The position numbers and the translations under genes were made by a program. DNA of 64,000 nucleotides, taken from a virus. This document shows, piece after piece, positions 51,001 through 56,837 of this stretch. Each line of letters opens with the position of its first letter. The first letter of the stretch is position 1. The stretch is taken from positions 1-64,000 of IMG/VR virus record IMGVR_UViG_3300037493_004064. One strand, given 5' to 3'. The notes under the pieces were generated by a model, which was not told the DNA's origin, searched no databases, and saw only the letters and a list, made by a program, of their open reading frames with translations.

Positions 51001-53528
51001 CATGTACTGGCATTGAGAAGTTTATTCTAAACGGGCCTGTGACTTTCCAAGGCGCTGTGTTCGGGGGAGTTGCTGAGGATACCACGTATTATGTGAAGAC
51101 CATTAGTTTGGTCACACACAAGATTACGATATCCGCTTCTCAAGTATCGGGCATAGCAGGATCAACATTTGTTCTGACTGCTGACATAGGAAGCATGAGC
51201 GTCATCATCCAAATAGGAGAAGGCACTCCATGGACGACACCTATTGTCCATTGCAACGGAACACCATTGTTATTCGGCTCCTACAGCACAGTTACACAGA
51301 CTAAGGCATCAAACAATGCCGTGACATGTAATACCACCGCGGGTATGGTGGCTGGTTGCTCTGTGGTATTTGATGATAGTATATTCGGTGGTGTGATTGA
51401 CCCACATACTGTTTATGCCGTGCTTAGTATATTTGATGCCAATGAGTTCACTCTTGAGGATCCGCTTAACCCTGGCTTTGAATTGCCATTAACAAATGCA
51501 TGGGGTGGTGCTCTGGTCATTGTGAATGATTACGCCTTCGGCATTGCCGACAATGGAATATCAGCCAAGATAATCTTTGCTGCTCCGTACGATCAAACAG
51601 ATTATCTGACATACACTGTATTCGGTGAAACGACTCCGGCTCAGTATGGGTACACTCTACCAGATACTCAAACTTTCTATGGTGATAACGTGTCATTGGT
51701 ATTCCCGATAAGCGGATACGTTGATGGGGATAACCCAACGAATGCCATAGTTGAAATGAACGGACTCCGATTGGAAAGTGGATATACCATTGATCCTGCA
51801 CTTAATACAATCACGTTCTCGGGGGCACCGGCTGATACCGATCTGATTGCCATAACTACTTACAATCTGACTGATCGCCAGTATCTATATACTGACTATG
51901 GTATCGTTAGTAAGATTGTTGCAGGGCTTACCAATGTCAGCAATACTATTGCGCTGCCGATGGCCAGAACTAATGTAATCTCAACTGCCGTCGGTACCAA
52001 TTTGATAACATGTGATAGCACCGCCGGATTCATTGCTGACCAAACAGTTATCTTCCAGGTGGTTGCTGGTGGACCGACTATAGGTAACATTGATGTCACT
52101 GGGACTGTTTATTACGTGAAGAACGTTGCATCCATTAACACGTTCACCATATCTGACACCTTGGGTGGTGCTGTGTTTGCATTATCAAATAGCGCAACAC
52201 CAATGGTTGCCACAGTCGGCGGAACTCCTGCAGTAAGAATCACCACTGGTATCCCACACGGCTTTGCTGATAACGACAGTGTTATGATAGACGGTACCAT
52301 TGGATCACTTCAACTGAATAACAATGTATTCTATGCCAAGAAAATTACTGATGTGTCGTTTGATCTGTATTCTGACTGGTATTACCCTGAGTTCGGCGCA
52401 ACAAATTACCCGGTAACCGACGTTAACACATGGAGCGGCGGTGGATACACATGGCTCAACGAAACTTTCACCATGATAAACACACTCGTTACTAACACTT
52501 ACTCCAGTGGTCTCATCAAGTGCAACAGTGTTGATGGATTGGTTGTTGACACCCCTATTGTATTCACTGGCAACACCATTGGTACAATAGAAGCCGGAGT
52601 AACTTACTACATTCTAGTGATCAGTACTGGAACATCTGAAATCACAATTTCTGAGACATACCAGGGTGCTGAGTTTGCCCCAACAACAGATTCTGGAAGC
52701 ATGGGTCTTACGCAATGGGAACAGACGAATGTGGATCGTCTATGGGTAACTGTGAATGGATATAGAGTATCGTCGTCCTCGCTCCGTATCAATCCTGCAA
52801 ACAACCTAAGCATATTGACAGAGATTAACCCGTTAGATACAGTGACCATCACCAGAATGATGCCAAGTGCAACACCAAGTGAACTTGTGTATATTCAGAA
52901 TGTCACCAAGTCTGGTGTCGGGTCAGCATTTAGGGCAGGACCCGAGACACGGACCTGGTTAGTTGAACCACTTGCATTCACCAATGAAGTCATTTACGTA
53001 GATGATCTATCTAAGATCACCAACACCATTGTGCAAAATGTCACGGCACCTGCCATTGGTTTAGATGGTAATAGGGCTATTGGTTTACTTGCAGACAAGC
53101 GCATCATTTCCCAGGTCATCGTGTACAATAATACAACCAGTGCAGCACTGGATCCGACAAGTTACTTCGTGGGAACTGTAGATACTGCCCCAGTCGTTAA
53201 TATTACTGCTGAGGTGTCTACCGGCGACTCATTAACCATCACAACGATTGAGGGAAATCTGATTTATGTGTTCGGTGAGCAAATCAGGTTCACCATAGTA
53301 GATTTCGGCGCAAATTCTATCAGCGGACTTCAAAGAGGCACCAATGGCACCGGTGTTCGCACCCTGATTCCTAAGTATACAGAAGTTTACGGTGTGCTTT
53401 CTGAGAATAGAATGGCAACTCCTATATACGACAGTGCATGGAACTTCGTATCCGGTGAGCCGGCGTTACCACTGCAAATCAGCGATACAACCGGAGCCGT
53501 TTTCCTAAGAACGAGTAATAACCAATGA
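36096..53528 (+). CDS. Giant (5810 aa) baseplate wedge / fibre-like structural protein
   Basis: Single 17.4-kb ORF after gp6, in the gp7 position. Contains ETKPYHVVIKEF, FG-GAP-like repeats (FGSAVA, LVVGAP, IIVGAP) and many G-x-P-V-x-F-x-G...YYV beta-repeats. Confidence 0.8.
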   Translation: MAPRIRTLNFLPDIFRTPTNSQFLRATLDQVVDQPNIQRVEGYIGSKLGYGINAKDKYVTEPTKVRTDYQLAPGVTFLKNNTSTAQDFISYPGIIDAIKVEGGLTNDNSRLFTGEFYSWDSFTNLDKIINFNQYYWLPTGPQAVIIDAATVYSATDYIVDSVVNGYNIYSGTGSHGATNPTLTLLRGGTYTFAVNQNSQFWIQGEPGITGFSHTQPNMQTRDVYGVSNNGAETGVVTFTVPSKTAQDYYNFPGNNLVDVVSTLGFGQVNGRRLSEIGGSIDGITSLDGLTLMFYNGLSDEIANFGAYDVQEFDQNNIWMNVSFDDDGMIYQPVSSWFFQIHFLSNPENPSDPIIQLVPVSSIPTDEKITATYGTQWVNRNFFRDTYGYIELIPYISAPLNTLYYQDGTTGNKVGVIKLIESNTTNTLNILDIIGKKTYTSPSGVVFTNGLKVMFQGAIYPTSYKNNEYYVEGVGTAIELILVNDLVVPELFSAGSYIPYDSTAYDIGNFDSQLYVPVDQDYITISRNAINKNAWSRSNRWFHIDVINATAVYNNDPALANVATHENKAKRPIIEFYPNLAMFDAGTFGKNPIDFFDFRTTDALTYVSGQQQYYPDVEVYTDYTGVIAAVTGTSTTITLDNSAIHGTLVIGQYVADSESVLPENTQISLVEVLGPTTTITLEWETSTTVLTTSGVSLIATTTTVDNYALFDGARVVFAADTNLTVRNKIFVANFSTVSGTTPVITLTEAEDGAVIASEQTVAYRGYNYAGETFFFNGLSWEYGQQKISVNQPPLFDVFDGNDLSFSDQTIYLGSSFKGSKLFSYRLGSGLNDSVLGFPVRYSSVDNIGDISFDVSINLDSFSYVAGTTPETKKVNTGYVFNYSSPSAHVRQLGWHTAIAPSVQYQAFEFAYSAQTPTTTYICDIPMTAQTANSWPSIQVYLNNVFQVDSAYSVVVTDVTTVTFVNPEPLIDNVIQILLLSDQVSANAYYTLPINLSNNPLNADVTVVNIGDIRGQYQSIFYNAPGLTGLVFGSNNYRDSGDLVPYGSSIIQNSASLVLPGTFLRKQNHNLFHALMFNSREYITYKTLLVDTINNTEYSVFQSAAAMLDDAFDQITAVKSGTDTFFWSDMLPAKASYISNTYLFANSLDVSIYPLSRIYDFTKANYYGVLVYLKRTIGGFLQTIQLIKGTDYSVSTDTPSLTITLDLAPGDEIVIKEYTQTYGSYVPNTPTKLGLYPATIPTVYLDTSYTTPTYFIVGHDGSYNKLYGDYDENTGRLIDFRDQVLLEFEKRIYNNLKLSNVIPIQEYEVLPGFFRDTGYSYSEILQIYSESFLNWVGQNRIDYKTQHYMANDEFTYNYRNSGNKINNAPIEQGFWRGAYEYFYDTSSPELTPWEMLGFTSQPSWWETRYGPMPYTSDNLVLWGDLAQGINWNNGDPVVIPQAVRPELLQVLPVDTAGNLVSPFVSLVGNYTNQTFIHDWAVGDVGPAEFSYRRSSSWPFDLMRILALTKPAAFFNLAVDVDNYKYNAEFDQYLVNDRSHLVISDVEIYGSGTPKTSYINWVVDYEKQLGIDATQQITDLLSNLDVRLVYRVAGFSDKNMLKFYVEKGTPNSNNSSLLIPDESYAVLLYDNQPFNRVVYSSVAIQIIPRGGYKIFGNSQTNAYFSVIKPKINGNYEQVQIDNLSVQVANDYYDTEMVIPYGTEFYSVQEVAQFLASYGRYLQSQGMVFDKIENGLEITWVQMVSEFLYWAQTGWEAGSIINVNPAAKLLTINKDSNIVQPLTLQQQNFVLNQNLYPIQSIDLAVVRDGTLFSAEPLNEGDTISYGTFNISNIEHGIVFDNVTVFNDVIYNLTTGLRQDRIIVRGSKTADWTGVIDAQGFILNQDNIADWSNTTKYTTGSIVKYKNKYWIAIEIVQAQEKFDETQWKRTDYNEIQKGLLPNSSTRSYESTLYYNINVANLEKDADLLSFSLIGFRPRDYLAVADLTDITQINVYRNMIKNKGTRNAVNAFKGATLSQGGIDYNIYENWAIKSAEYGGTLNSNFIELRLNEGDLTGNPSIVGLTRGTPTVGVQQEVQTYSLFNYGRAITSPDVLPLLDSNTPSTLYPDAGYANFNDVKMSSYFYSGMSTAVDSSGVIVPLNELYVRDYVWIANQLGTWQTYTPVSLGQITNAANNRNGTVTITFNQLHGLTKYQSLAITNFNADVDGYYIATTIVDPFRITINLMLNPTIANISGIGIGFRFQSQRVDQPSDIINLPLLDSEFTKNTVWVDTNTDGEWAVYRKGINYTHAPEITKDGSLSFGSAVAYTDALGYLIGDADAGVAYRYIYNALSKDYVLNQTITNGVSFGSTISHADNIFVVSQPTGTFYTDRKVYVYELVTTILTNELQLIQTIVAPSDGITSWASATTISGDKNWLYVSDIANNIVYVYQWSPVTSQYEYATIINGWDYIVTGADDHFSYSLSTDYYGDTLVVGAPDQNYGPLENWGYSYVFVRGTQNWEATYTSLSAQQQLFTSAWTISPGTSTNVVSTSAITNYLTTFVGDEPLDPGQVGDPVIFSGSLFGNLSPNVVYYIQSVVGDHTFTISTSRGGAVMPLLTGSGSMTCNFQTPLYVSVNGTLVDDSNYAAIGTSLVYVGGLSAGDIVNVGSSDFILEQTLTTETTPRIGVKFGNSNDTTRYASEIIVGAPFELDTQQIEGAVFRFTNAGCKYGMIIGTEDCIIASPVTILLNGYAVTLPVGDATTAAAAINGAGITNIQAAAASNKLIIQLINQSLAIPNNKLTLTANDSGVLPQTGIQVYTQTQLIMAPHTEKTCQFGSTVKFNEFGSFVASAPSGTRYEATTFDFTDDENDNDTVFDNNTTQWVDTFANAGAVYMFDYLGNYDESLSNIGNFVYAQSVNDTNVEYGAQPMYGHALAFNNNVVIVGTPGFNPGFVNGQVTKYTTTLGTDWSVHRQSGPIVDVDRIQDIQLFSALTNTTLDNLDFMDPLQGKLLGAIRENIDVVSNVDPAGYSRGGLVWGSDKVGQLWFDTTNTRFVNYHQDDVVYDSRYWGTLFPGSNVSIYSWVVSNYLPSQYPGPGAPYDINSYTTEQILNPAGVLVPQYFYWVRNTNVVFTAIGKTLSDTVLESYITYPQNTGISYFAPVRQNVFAMYNSSENINANDSVLHIGYLTGSNDDVSHSLFNLIRTDYADDFLPGLPNTSSIAIPESLYNKMLDSMCGVDDAGSVVPDPYLPLMVQTGIQSRPRQSFFFNRFGALKNYLTYANEVLAQYPIAESRPAFFLKTVGDVNPSTLSNPAWIGASEIFFDTMKYWEFINWWAPGYDDNTKAAIQVPVYADLFAINAAVGLIVSVQTNGVGKSETYVYTSLGTWERIGLQSGTIAFKAALWDYETYRLGFGDNFFDTSVFDLYPSEETRQIIRALNEEIYSNELLIHRNKSLVLLFEYIQSETGETQNYLPWLNKTSLIDVDHTIRELLPISVFQSDNQEFLTGYLNETKPYHVVIKEFVFKYTGSEVYGGNISDFDIPAQWTPSLNQFISPELVYSNASGESEYVLGDPIWQTQPYAAWYQNRGVSLTGIDNYQITFTTSYIALNSTSFAVNNPFGFPVSGVVRIGTELIGYSNVNKSLSTLNGLTRGANGTDISTHLPDEQVYIDLPAVLLLDAGRAYGNPPRITAVIDTTLYPPPIREAVLVPVMSLDTIQSVTVVDPGEGYMVLPDIVIEPSIVVTFASTSVNTLTSTIELSMPLLVTGDLIKFNAVVGTTVPGGIDDNQYYYVGVLQTVPTFIVALYTNYSNSLTDTDRVSIYSTGAGDSYLNVTARASCVSTASPIRENQISIKFDRTSYGSKVVDWKESAFYGSFFAGDYGSGPILASSSLLLDSEFPVIDSVLASATGAAFELESFRGTDTLTWSGRTRNVISTSATGNTVTIIPSDGGAEVTPLFGPTLGFYVGMPVRFDGAVGTSGLVNETIYYVDSIINDTDFTLVDGNGVPVVLSDLTISVAGLLCYIGQVVYRTFVTIDYPGISTVTNSAAITNYLTIPMTPSGNAGTTGFYPGLPIFFVGTMIGGIIENEPYYITTVVDNQTITVSKSAAPTILNITSVNSGTSQVTGDGTWALTVGDPVIFNDMVSFGVPANVFGNIVSGVTYYIHSIDDYNLFTLMTVPYGAVFDPGNDTGSCHMTNQRDVVQLTTDSGAMTINVGLPISPGQVNGQLVSFYPTSAQKPGLSPSSIGNLVTSIVRAAVYQDTDGNDVNQLSIWADSRWLSDTYINMPVSLLDTYGGLTAGVTYYVSEIGTVNTIVTATGPTGFTCNSTAGFYDGMPVTFSGSSLGGTQLNITYYVDTTIPLTQTTFNVLGFTPSVASGLTTMTATGEAYIKVTDLIGNPVLTLSDDTAQTTVTQVADPASAARFDVSWIRGGYRTMITNGGTGFAVGNTLTIPGTDLDGVSPDNDLVLTVNNISVIVNATASTATGNIITCNTTTGLANNDPVVFSGTSFGTIVPGQIYYVTVVNGVSITISETYGGLTLPLTDDTGYMTVTDTGVGELYMAAASGTPDEIVTQYYLKVVAATECEIFTDPLMTQPVNVASFIYKGITSATLVSTTAPFTLSFTDLSGFSDNDPILFTGDVFGGIEVGKVYYIYNINHGLNTLNILTSINTPGSIVAVSDDIGSCTMAKVGDYIVLPEPFYFDQSIVRYNHQLYQCIISNNDPTFVFGKWELLLSENIKINALDRIFGYYQPTVNMPGLDFTQLVNGVTYPNGTYYGNAFDPNDEFTLDTILQDQPFTTLGSAEYVIQGDTFTSGYGPEELVPGVISDNLSMVVTTRPGTSWSAQQYAHVGYNVVSNELVPTTALQTSYSFVNVVQVPAQVSLAIINRATGLATSLYSMDYSVDWINKIVVLNTPLTYGAESLRLDVYEVGNGDQLEKSNTQIDPLMINTLTGFNEVVLNCNYSAPIAAGSGVIMPGSDPIQVLATATDASPDNTITCTGIEKFILNGPVTFQGAVFGGVAEDTTYYVKTISLVTHKITISASQVSGIAGSTFVLTADIGSMSVIIQIGEGTPWTTPIVHCNGTPLLFGSYSTVTQTKASNNAVTCNTTAGMVAGCSVVFDDSIFGGVIDPHTVYAVLSIFDANEFTLEDPLNPGFELPLTNAWGGALVIVNDYAFGIADNGISAKIIFAAPYDQTDYLTYTVFGETTPAQYGYTLPDTQTFYGDNVSLVFPISGYVDGDNPTNAIVEMNGLRLESGYTIDPALNTITFSGAPADTDLIAITTYNLTDRQYLYTDYGIVSKIVAGLTNVSNTIALPMARTNVISTAVGTNLITCDSTAGFIADQTVIFQVVAGGPTIGNIDVTGTVYYVKNVASINTFTISDTLGGAVFALSNSATPMVATVGGTPAVRITTGIPHGFADNDSVMIDGTIGSLQLNNNVFYAKKITDVSFDLYSDWYYPEFGATNYPVTDVNTWSGGGYTWLNETFTMINTLVTNTYSSGLIKCNSVDGLVVDTPIVFTGNTIGTIEAGVTYYILVISTGTSEITISETYQGAEFAPTTDSGSMGLTQWEQTNVDRLWVTVNGYRVSSSSLRINPANNLSILTEINPLDTVTITRMMPSATPSELVYIQNVTKSGVGSAFRAGPETRTWLVEPLAFTNEVIYVDDLSKITNTIVQNVTAPAIGLDGNRAIGLLADKRIISQVIVYNNTTSAALDPTSYFVGTVDTAPVVNITAEVSTGDSLTITTIEGNLIYVFGEQIRFTIVDFGANSISGLQRGTNGTGVRTLIPKYTEVYGVLSENRMATPIYDSAWNFVSGEPALPLQISDTTGAVFLRTSNNQ

Positions 53529-53539
53529 TAAATAAAGAT

Positions 53540-53671
53540 ATGAACACGGATGAGCCTAAAGAGCAGCCAGAAGTGACCCCGGATGAATACGGCGGGTTTT
53601 ACTTTTCGTCTTTTCTGAAGATAACTGATCCTGAAACCAAAGAAATTTTAGTACAAACACGGGGCGATTAA
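53540..53671 (+). CDS. Small hypothetical protein (43 aa)
   Basis: MNTDEPKEQPEVTPDEYGGFYFSSFLKITDPETKEILVQTRGD. Lies 5 nt after GATAAATA (53527-53534) and is TAATG-coupled to the next gene. Absent from the ORF track. Confidence 0.7.
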   Translation: MNTDEPKEQPEVTPDEYGGFYFSSFLKITDPETKEILVQTRGD

Positions 53672-54285
53672 TGATAACTTTAACATATTCAATAGAAGGC
53701 TTTATTAAAATATATGACCCCAATACCGGTGAAGTTTTTGAGGAAAAGAAGAATGCCATCAACTACGAAACCATGTCTGAGGCTCTGGCAGATACACTTA
53801 GTAGCCGTGGTTACGGAGAAATCTATCAAATGGCATTCGGTAACGGCGGAGCGTCAGTGGCAGAAACGGGCGTCATTACATATCTGCCCCCGAATACCAC
53901 TGGCCAAAACGCCGCTCTTTACAATCAGACATATGAAAAAATCGTAGACGACACCAGCGTTTTCAACCTGGATCCTACTAGAAACAAAATGACAGTGACA
54001 CACACCACAAGCAAGGTGTACACTGACATTCTGGTTCAATGTCTGTTAGATTATGGTGAACCGTCGGGACAGGCAGCGTTTGATAACAGCACCCAGACCG
54101 ATTCCACGTATGTTTTTGATGAATTGGGGCTTCTGGCGAACTACGGCACAGATTCCAGCGGTAACATCATAACCCGGCTACTCACTCACGTTATTTTTCA
54201 CCCTGTTCAAAAGAGTTTGAATAGACAAATCCAGATAGATTATACTGTGCGTATCCAGGCGTTAACTAATATGGTTACTATCTAG
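53671..54285 (+). CDS. Baseplate/tail structural protein
   Basis: MAFGNGG...FDELGL...LLTHVIFHPVQKSLNRQIQIDYTVRI resembles tail-collar/fibre attachment domains. Confidence 0.65.
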   Translation: MITLTYSIEGFIKIYDPNTGEVFEEKKNAINYETMSEALADTLSSRGYGEIYQMAFGNGGASVAETGVITYLPPNTTGQNAALYNQTYEKIVDDTSVFNLDPTRNKMTVTHTTSKVYTDILVQCLLDYGEPSGQAAFDNSTQTDSTYVFDELGLLANYGTDSSGNIITRLLTHVIFHPVQKSLNRQIQIDYTVRIQALTNMVTI

Positions 54286-54311
54286 ATAAATACAATATCG
54301 GAAAGAATAAA

Positions 54312-55514
54312 ATGGCATATACAATTGTTAAAAGTGACGGAACAGTACTGACTACTATCGCAGATGGTACTATTAACACCACTAGCACAACTCAGGGACT
54401 TCCGGGTAGAAATTATGCAGGTTACGGGGCTACATTGGACACGAACATTGTCCACCAACTTGAAAATTTTGCCTACACATCACCTCCGGCAAACCCAATT
54501 CGCGGTCAACTATGGTATAACACAAACGCCAATGCGCTATGTGTCTGCCCTGCTGACGGAACAACCAACCCGGCATCATGGTTGACTCTGGCTCAATCTG
54601 GCAGTTCAGGGACAACAACATTCGGTGCAGTTACAGTAACCGGTGATCTTCAGGCAAATAACGTCATTGCCACTAACAACGTATCTGGTGCCAATGGCAC
54701 CTTTACTAATTTATCGGTGACCGCAGTAGCAACTATTGCCACTGCAAATGTCACCACGCTCAACGTAGGAACTGCAAATACACGAATTATTACAACTGGC
54801 GCCGCAGGAACAACTGGGGCCATGACAGGAACATGGACAGTCACAGGAACAGGAAATGCGTTTACTGTTGCCGGTGGTAACCTTAGCACAGTTGGTATCA
54901 GAACTGACAACTATTTCTATGCAAACGGAGACCCTGTGTCGTTCGCCGGAACGTATGATGATGCGAATGTGGGCGCGTATCTACCAACTTATACTGGTAC
55001 AGTCGGTGCTGCATCGGGTGTAGTCATCTTCCGTGGAGGAAACTTAACATCTGGTGGCACAGCCAACGTGGGCGCCATTACTGGTAACTGGACATTAACT
55101 GCAGGCTCAAAATTTAATGCAACTTACGCTGACTTGGCTGAAAGATTTGCCGCTGATGCTGAATATGAAGCAGGAACCGTTGTGGAAATCGGTGGTTCAG
55201 CAGAGATTACCGCAGTGAAGGATGCATTGAGTGAAAATGTGCTCGGTGTCATCAGTACAAATGCTGCATATCTAATGAACGCTGGGGCCGGTGATGACAA
55301 AACTCATCCGGCTGTGGCGATTGGTGGACGGGTGCCAGTTAAGGTATTGGGTCTGGTAAGAAAAGGTGACAGATTAGTAAGTGCCGGAGATGGTGTTGCG
55401 ATGGCAGCCGGGCAAGGCGAGGCATCTGCGTTTAATACAATTGGACGATCACTTGAAGATAAGTATACAACTGATTTAGGCACTGTCGTAGCAATCGTAA
55501 CAATTAAAGGATAA
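54312..55514 (+). CDS. Tail fibre-like protein with a C-terminal intramolecular chaperone-like domain
   Basis: N-terminal GRNYAGYG...LENFA...GQLWYN, a Thr/Gly/Asn-rich shaft, and C-terminal YADLAERF...GTVV...GRVPVKV..GDRLVS. GATAAATA at 54285-54292. Confidence 0.75.
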   Translation: MAYTIVKSDGTVLTTIADGTINTTSTTQGLPGRNYAGYGATLDTNIVHQLENFAYTSPPANPIRGQLWYNTNANALCVCPADGTTNPASWLTLAQSGSSGTTTFGAVTVTGDLQANNVIATNNVSGANGTFTNLSVTAVATIATANVTTLNVGTANTRIITTGAAGTTGAMTGTWTVTGTGNAFTVAGGNLSTVGIRTDNYFYANGDPVSFAGTYDDANVGAYLPTYTGTVGAASGVVIFRGGNLTSGGTANVGAITGNWTLTAGSKFNATYADLAERFAADAEYEAGTVVEIGGSAEITAVKDALSENVLGVISTNAAYLMNAGAGDDKTHPAVAIGGRVPVKVLGLVRKGDRLVSAGDGVAMAAGQGEASAFNTIGRSLEDKYTTDLGTVVAIVTIKG

Positions 55515-55517
55515 AAA

Positions 55518-56471
55518 ATGACTTGGGCACAATATGGATTAGTACAATCTACCGACTTTAATACAATGGTTGGTGGTAACCCAACAACTACGGCCAACGT
55601 GCTAAACACAGTCTGGGCAACAGGTGGGACAAAGAATGGTTACGGACAAACTGCAATCGCAAACGTGGCTGTTGGTCAATCAGTCGGTGCCACTGAGTGG
55701 AGCAACCTAACTGGTAAAACATCCAACTGTGGCTCACACCAAGGTTCTTCGTTGAGCAGCATTACGACTCCGGTTGTCGGTGGGACAGTTACTTATCAGG
55801 CTAACATTCAGACCAACTTAAATACAATTTATTCCAACAAATTAAACGCCGCCACACAAGGAACTACCTCTTCTAACACCGCAACATACGCAAGTACTTG
55901 GGTAAATGCAATTACTTTCGTTCATACAGCGACATTTGCCAACGGCGATGCTGCTCGGTATTTCTTTAATTCAGGTGGCCAACTCTCACTGACATGTTCA
56001 CACCCAGCTGGTACCGGGATAAACCTGTTACTAAATGGTTTGGCATCTAATATCGGCACACTTACTATGAGCGCACCCACTTCTGAAACTATCACTGTGG
56101 TTGGTGGCTCGTACACAGGCCTAACTAGAGTCGGCGGTGGTGGCACTTCTCCGACAGTGTATGTCACTGGATCCGGATACTTCGCTCAGACAATTACGAA
56201 TGCCAACGTATACTTCCAGACGGCTTCGACTGGCCCTGGAGCATATCTCGGCACGTTCATTAACCTACTGACTAAGTCCAATGGTACCCAAGGTGGTAAC
56301 GGAGATGCCGGAAGTATTATTACCTTCTATACTGTTTGGGATGAAATTCCAAACGGCCTTACTGTGTCAGCCGGCTCAGCGACAACCCTCACAGTGAAAC
56401 CACCGGAACTAACATATCTGGCAAACACCTGGGGTACAATTACCCTAGCTGGTTCAGTTTCGGGTAGTTAA
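55518..56471 (+). CDS. Thr/Gly/Ser-rich virion structural protein
   Basis: 317 aa with almost no charged residues and the motif ARYFFNSGG. Follows the fibre gene. Confidence 0.65.
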   Translation: MTWAQYGLVQSTDFNTMVGGNPTTTANVLNTVWATGGTKNGYGQTAIANVAVGQSVGATEWSNLTGKTSNCGSHQGSSLSSITTPVVGGTVTYQANIQTNLNTIYSNKLNAATQGTTSSNTATYASTWVNAITFVHTATFANGDAARYFFNSGGQLSLTCSHPAGTGINLLLNGLASNIGTLTMSAPTSETITVVGGSYTGLTRVGGGGTSPTVYVTGSGYFAQTITNANVYFQTASTGPGAYLGTFINLLTKSNGTQGGNGDAGSIITFYTVWDEIPNGLTVSAGSATTLTVKPPELTYLANTWGTITLAGSVSGS

Positions 56472-56495
56472 TTAATTTCGCCCCCCTCAAATCCA

Positions 56496-56503
56496 TCTAA
56501 ATA
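56496..56503 (+). promoter_or_regulatory. Late promoter (TCTAAATA) heading the enzyme operon
   Basis: TAAATA box, then an AGGAG SD, then the ATG at 56520. Confidence 0.55.
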
Positions 56504-56519
56504 CTCATAGGAGTGATAG

Positions 56520-56837
56520 ATGGATACCACACAATTAATCGCCGATGTGAAGGCGCGTTTCGCCCACAACTCAGCCAAAGCCTATCTCAAAGACAAATAC
56601 GCCAGCAAACTAATAGTTGCCGAACAGGGTGGTCTTTGGACTGCTGGCCCCGAGTTAATAGCATTTCTTGCCGCCCAGAGTGACTTCACCATAGACGACA
56701 CCGTAATTCTTATTGACAATTTTGATAATCCGGTACAGGTTAATGGCCCATCTCTATTGGCCATTCTTCAGAAAACGTATAACACGGTGATGAACGCCTG
56801 GTACGCCGAGTGGAAAGAACTTGAGAGCAAGAGATGA
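56520..56837 (+). CDS. Hypothetical protein, possibly a fibre-assembly chaperone
   Basis: 105 aa with a strong SD. First gene of the overlapping operon. Confidence 0.7.
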   Translation: MDTTQLIADVKARFAHNSAKAYLKDKYASKLIVAEQGGLWTAGPELIAFLAAQSDFTIDDTVILIDNFDNPVQVNGPSLLAILQKTYNTVMNAWYAEWKELESKR

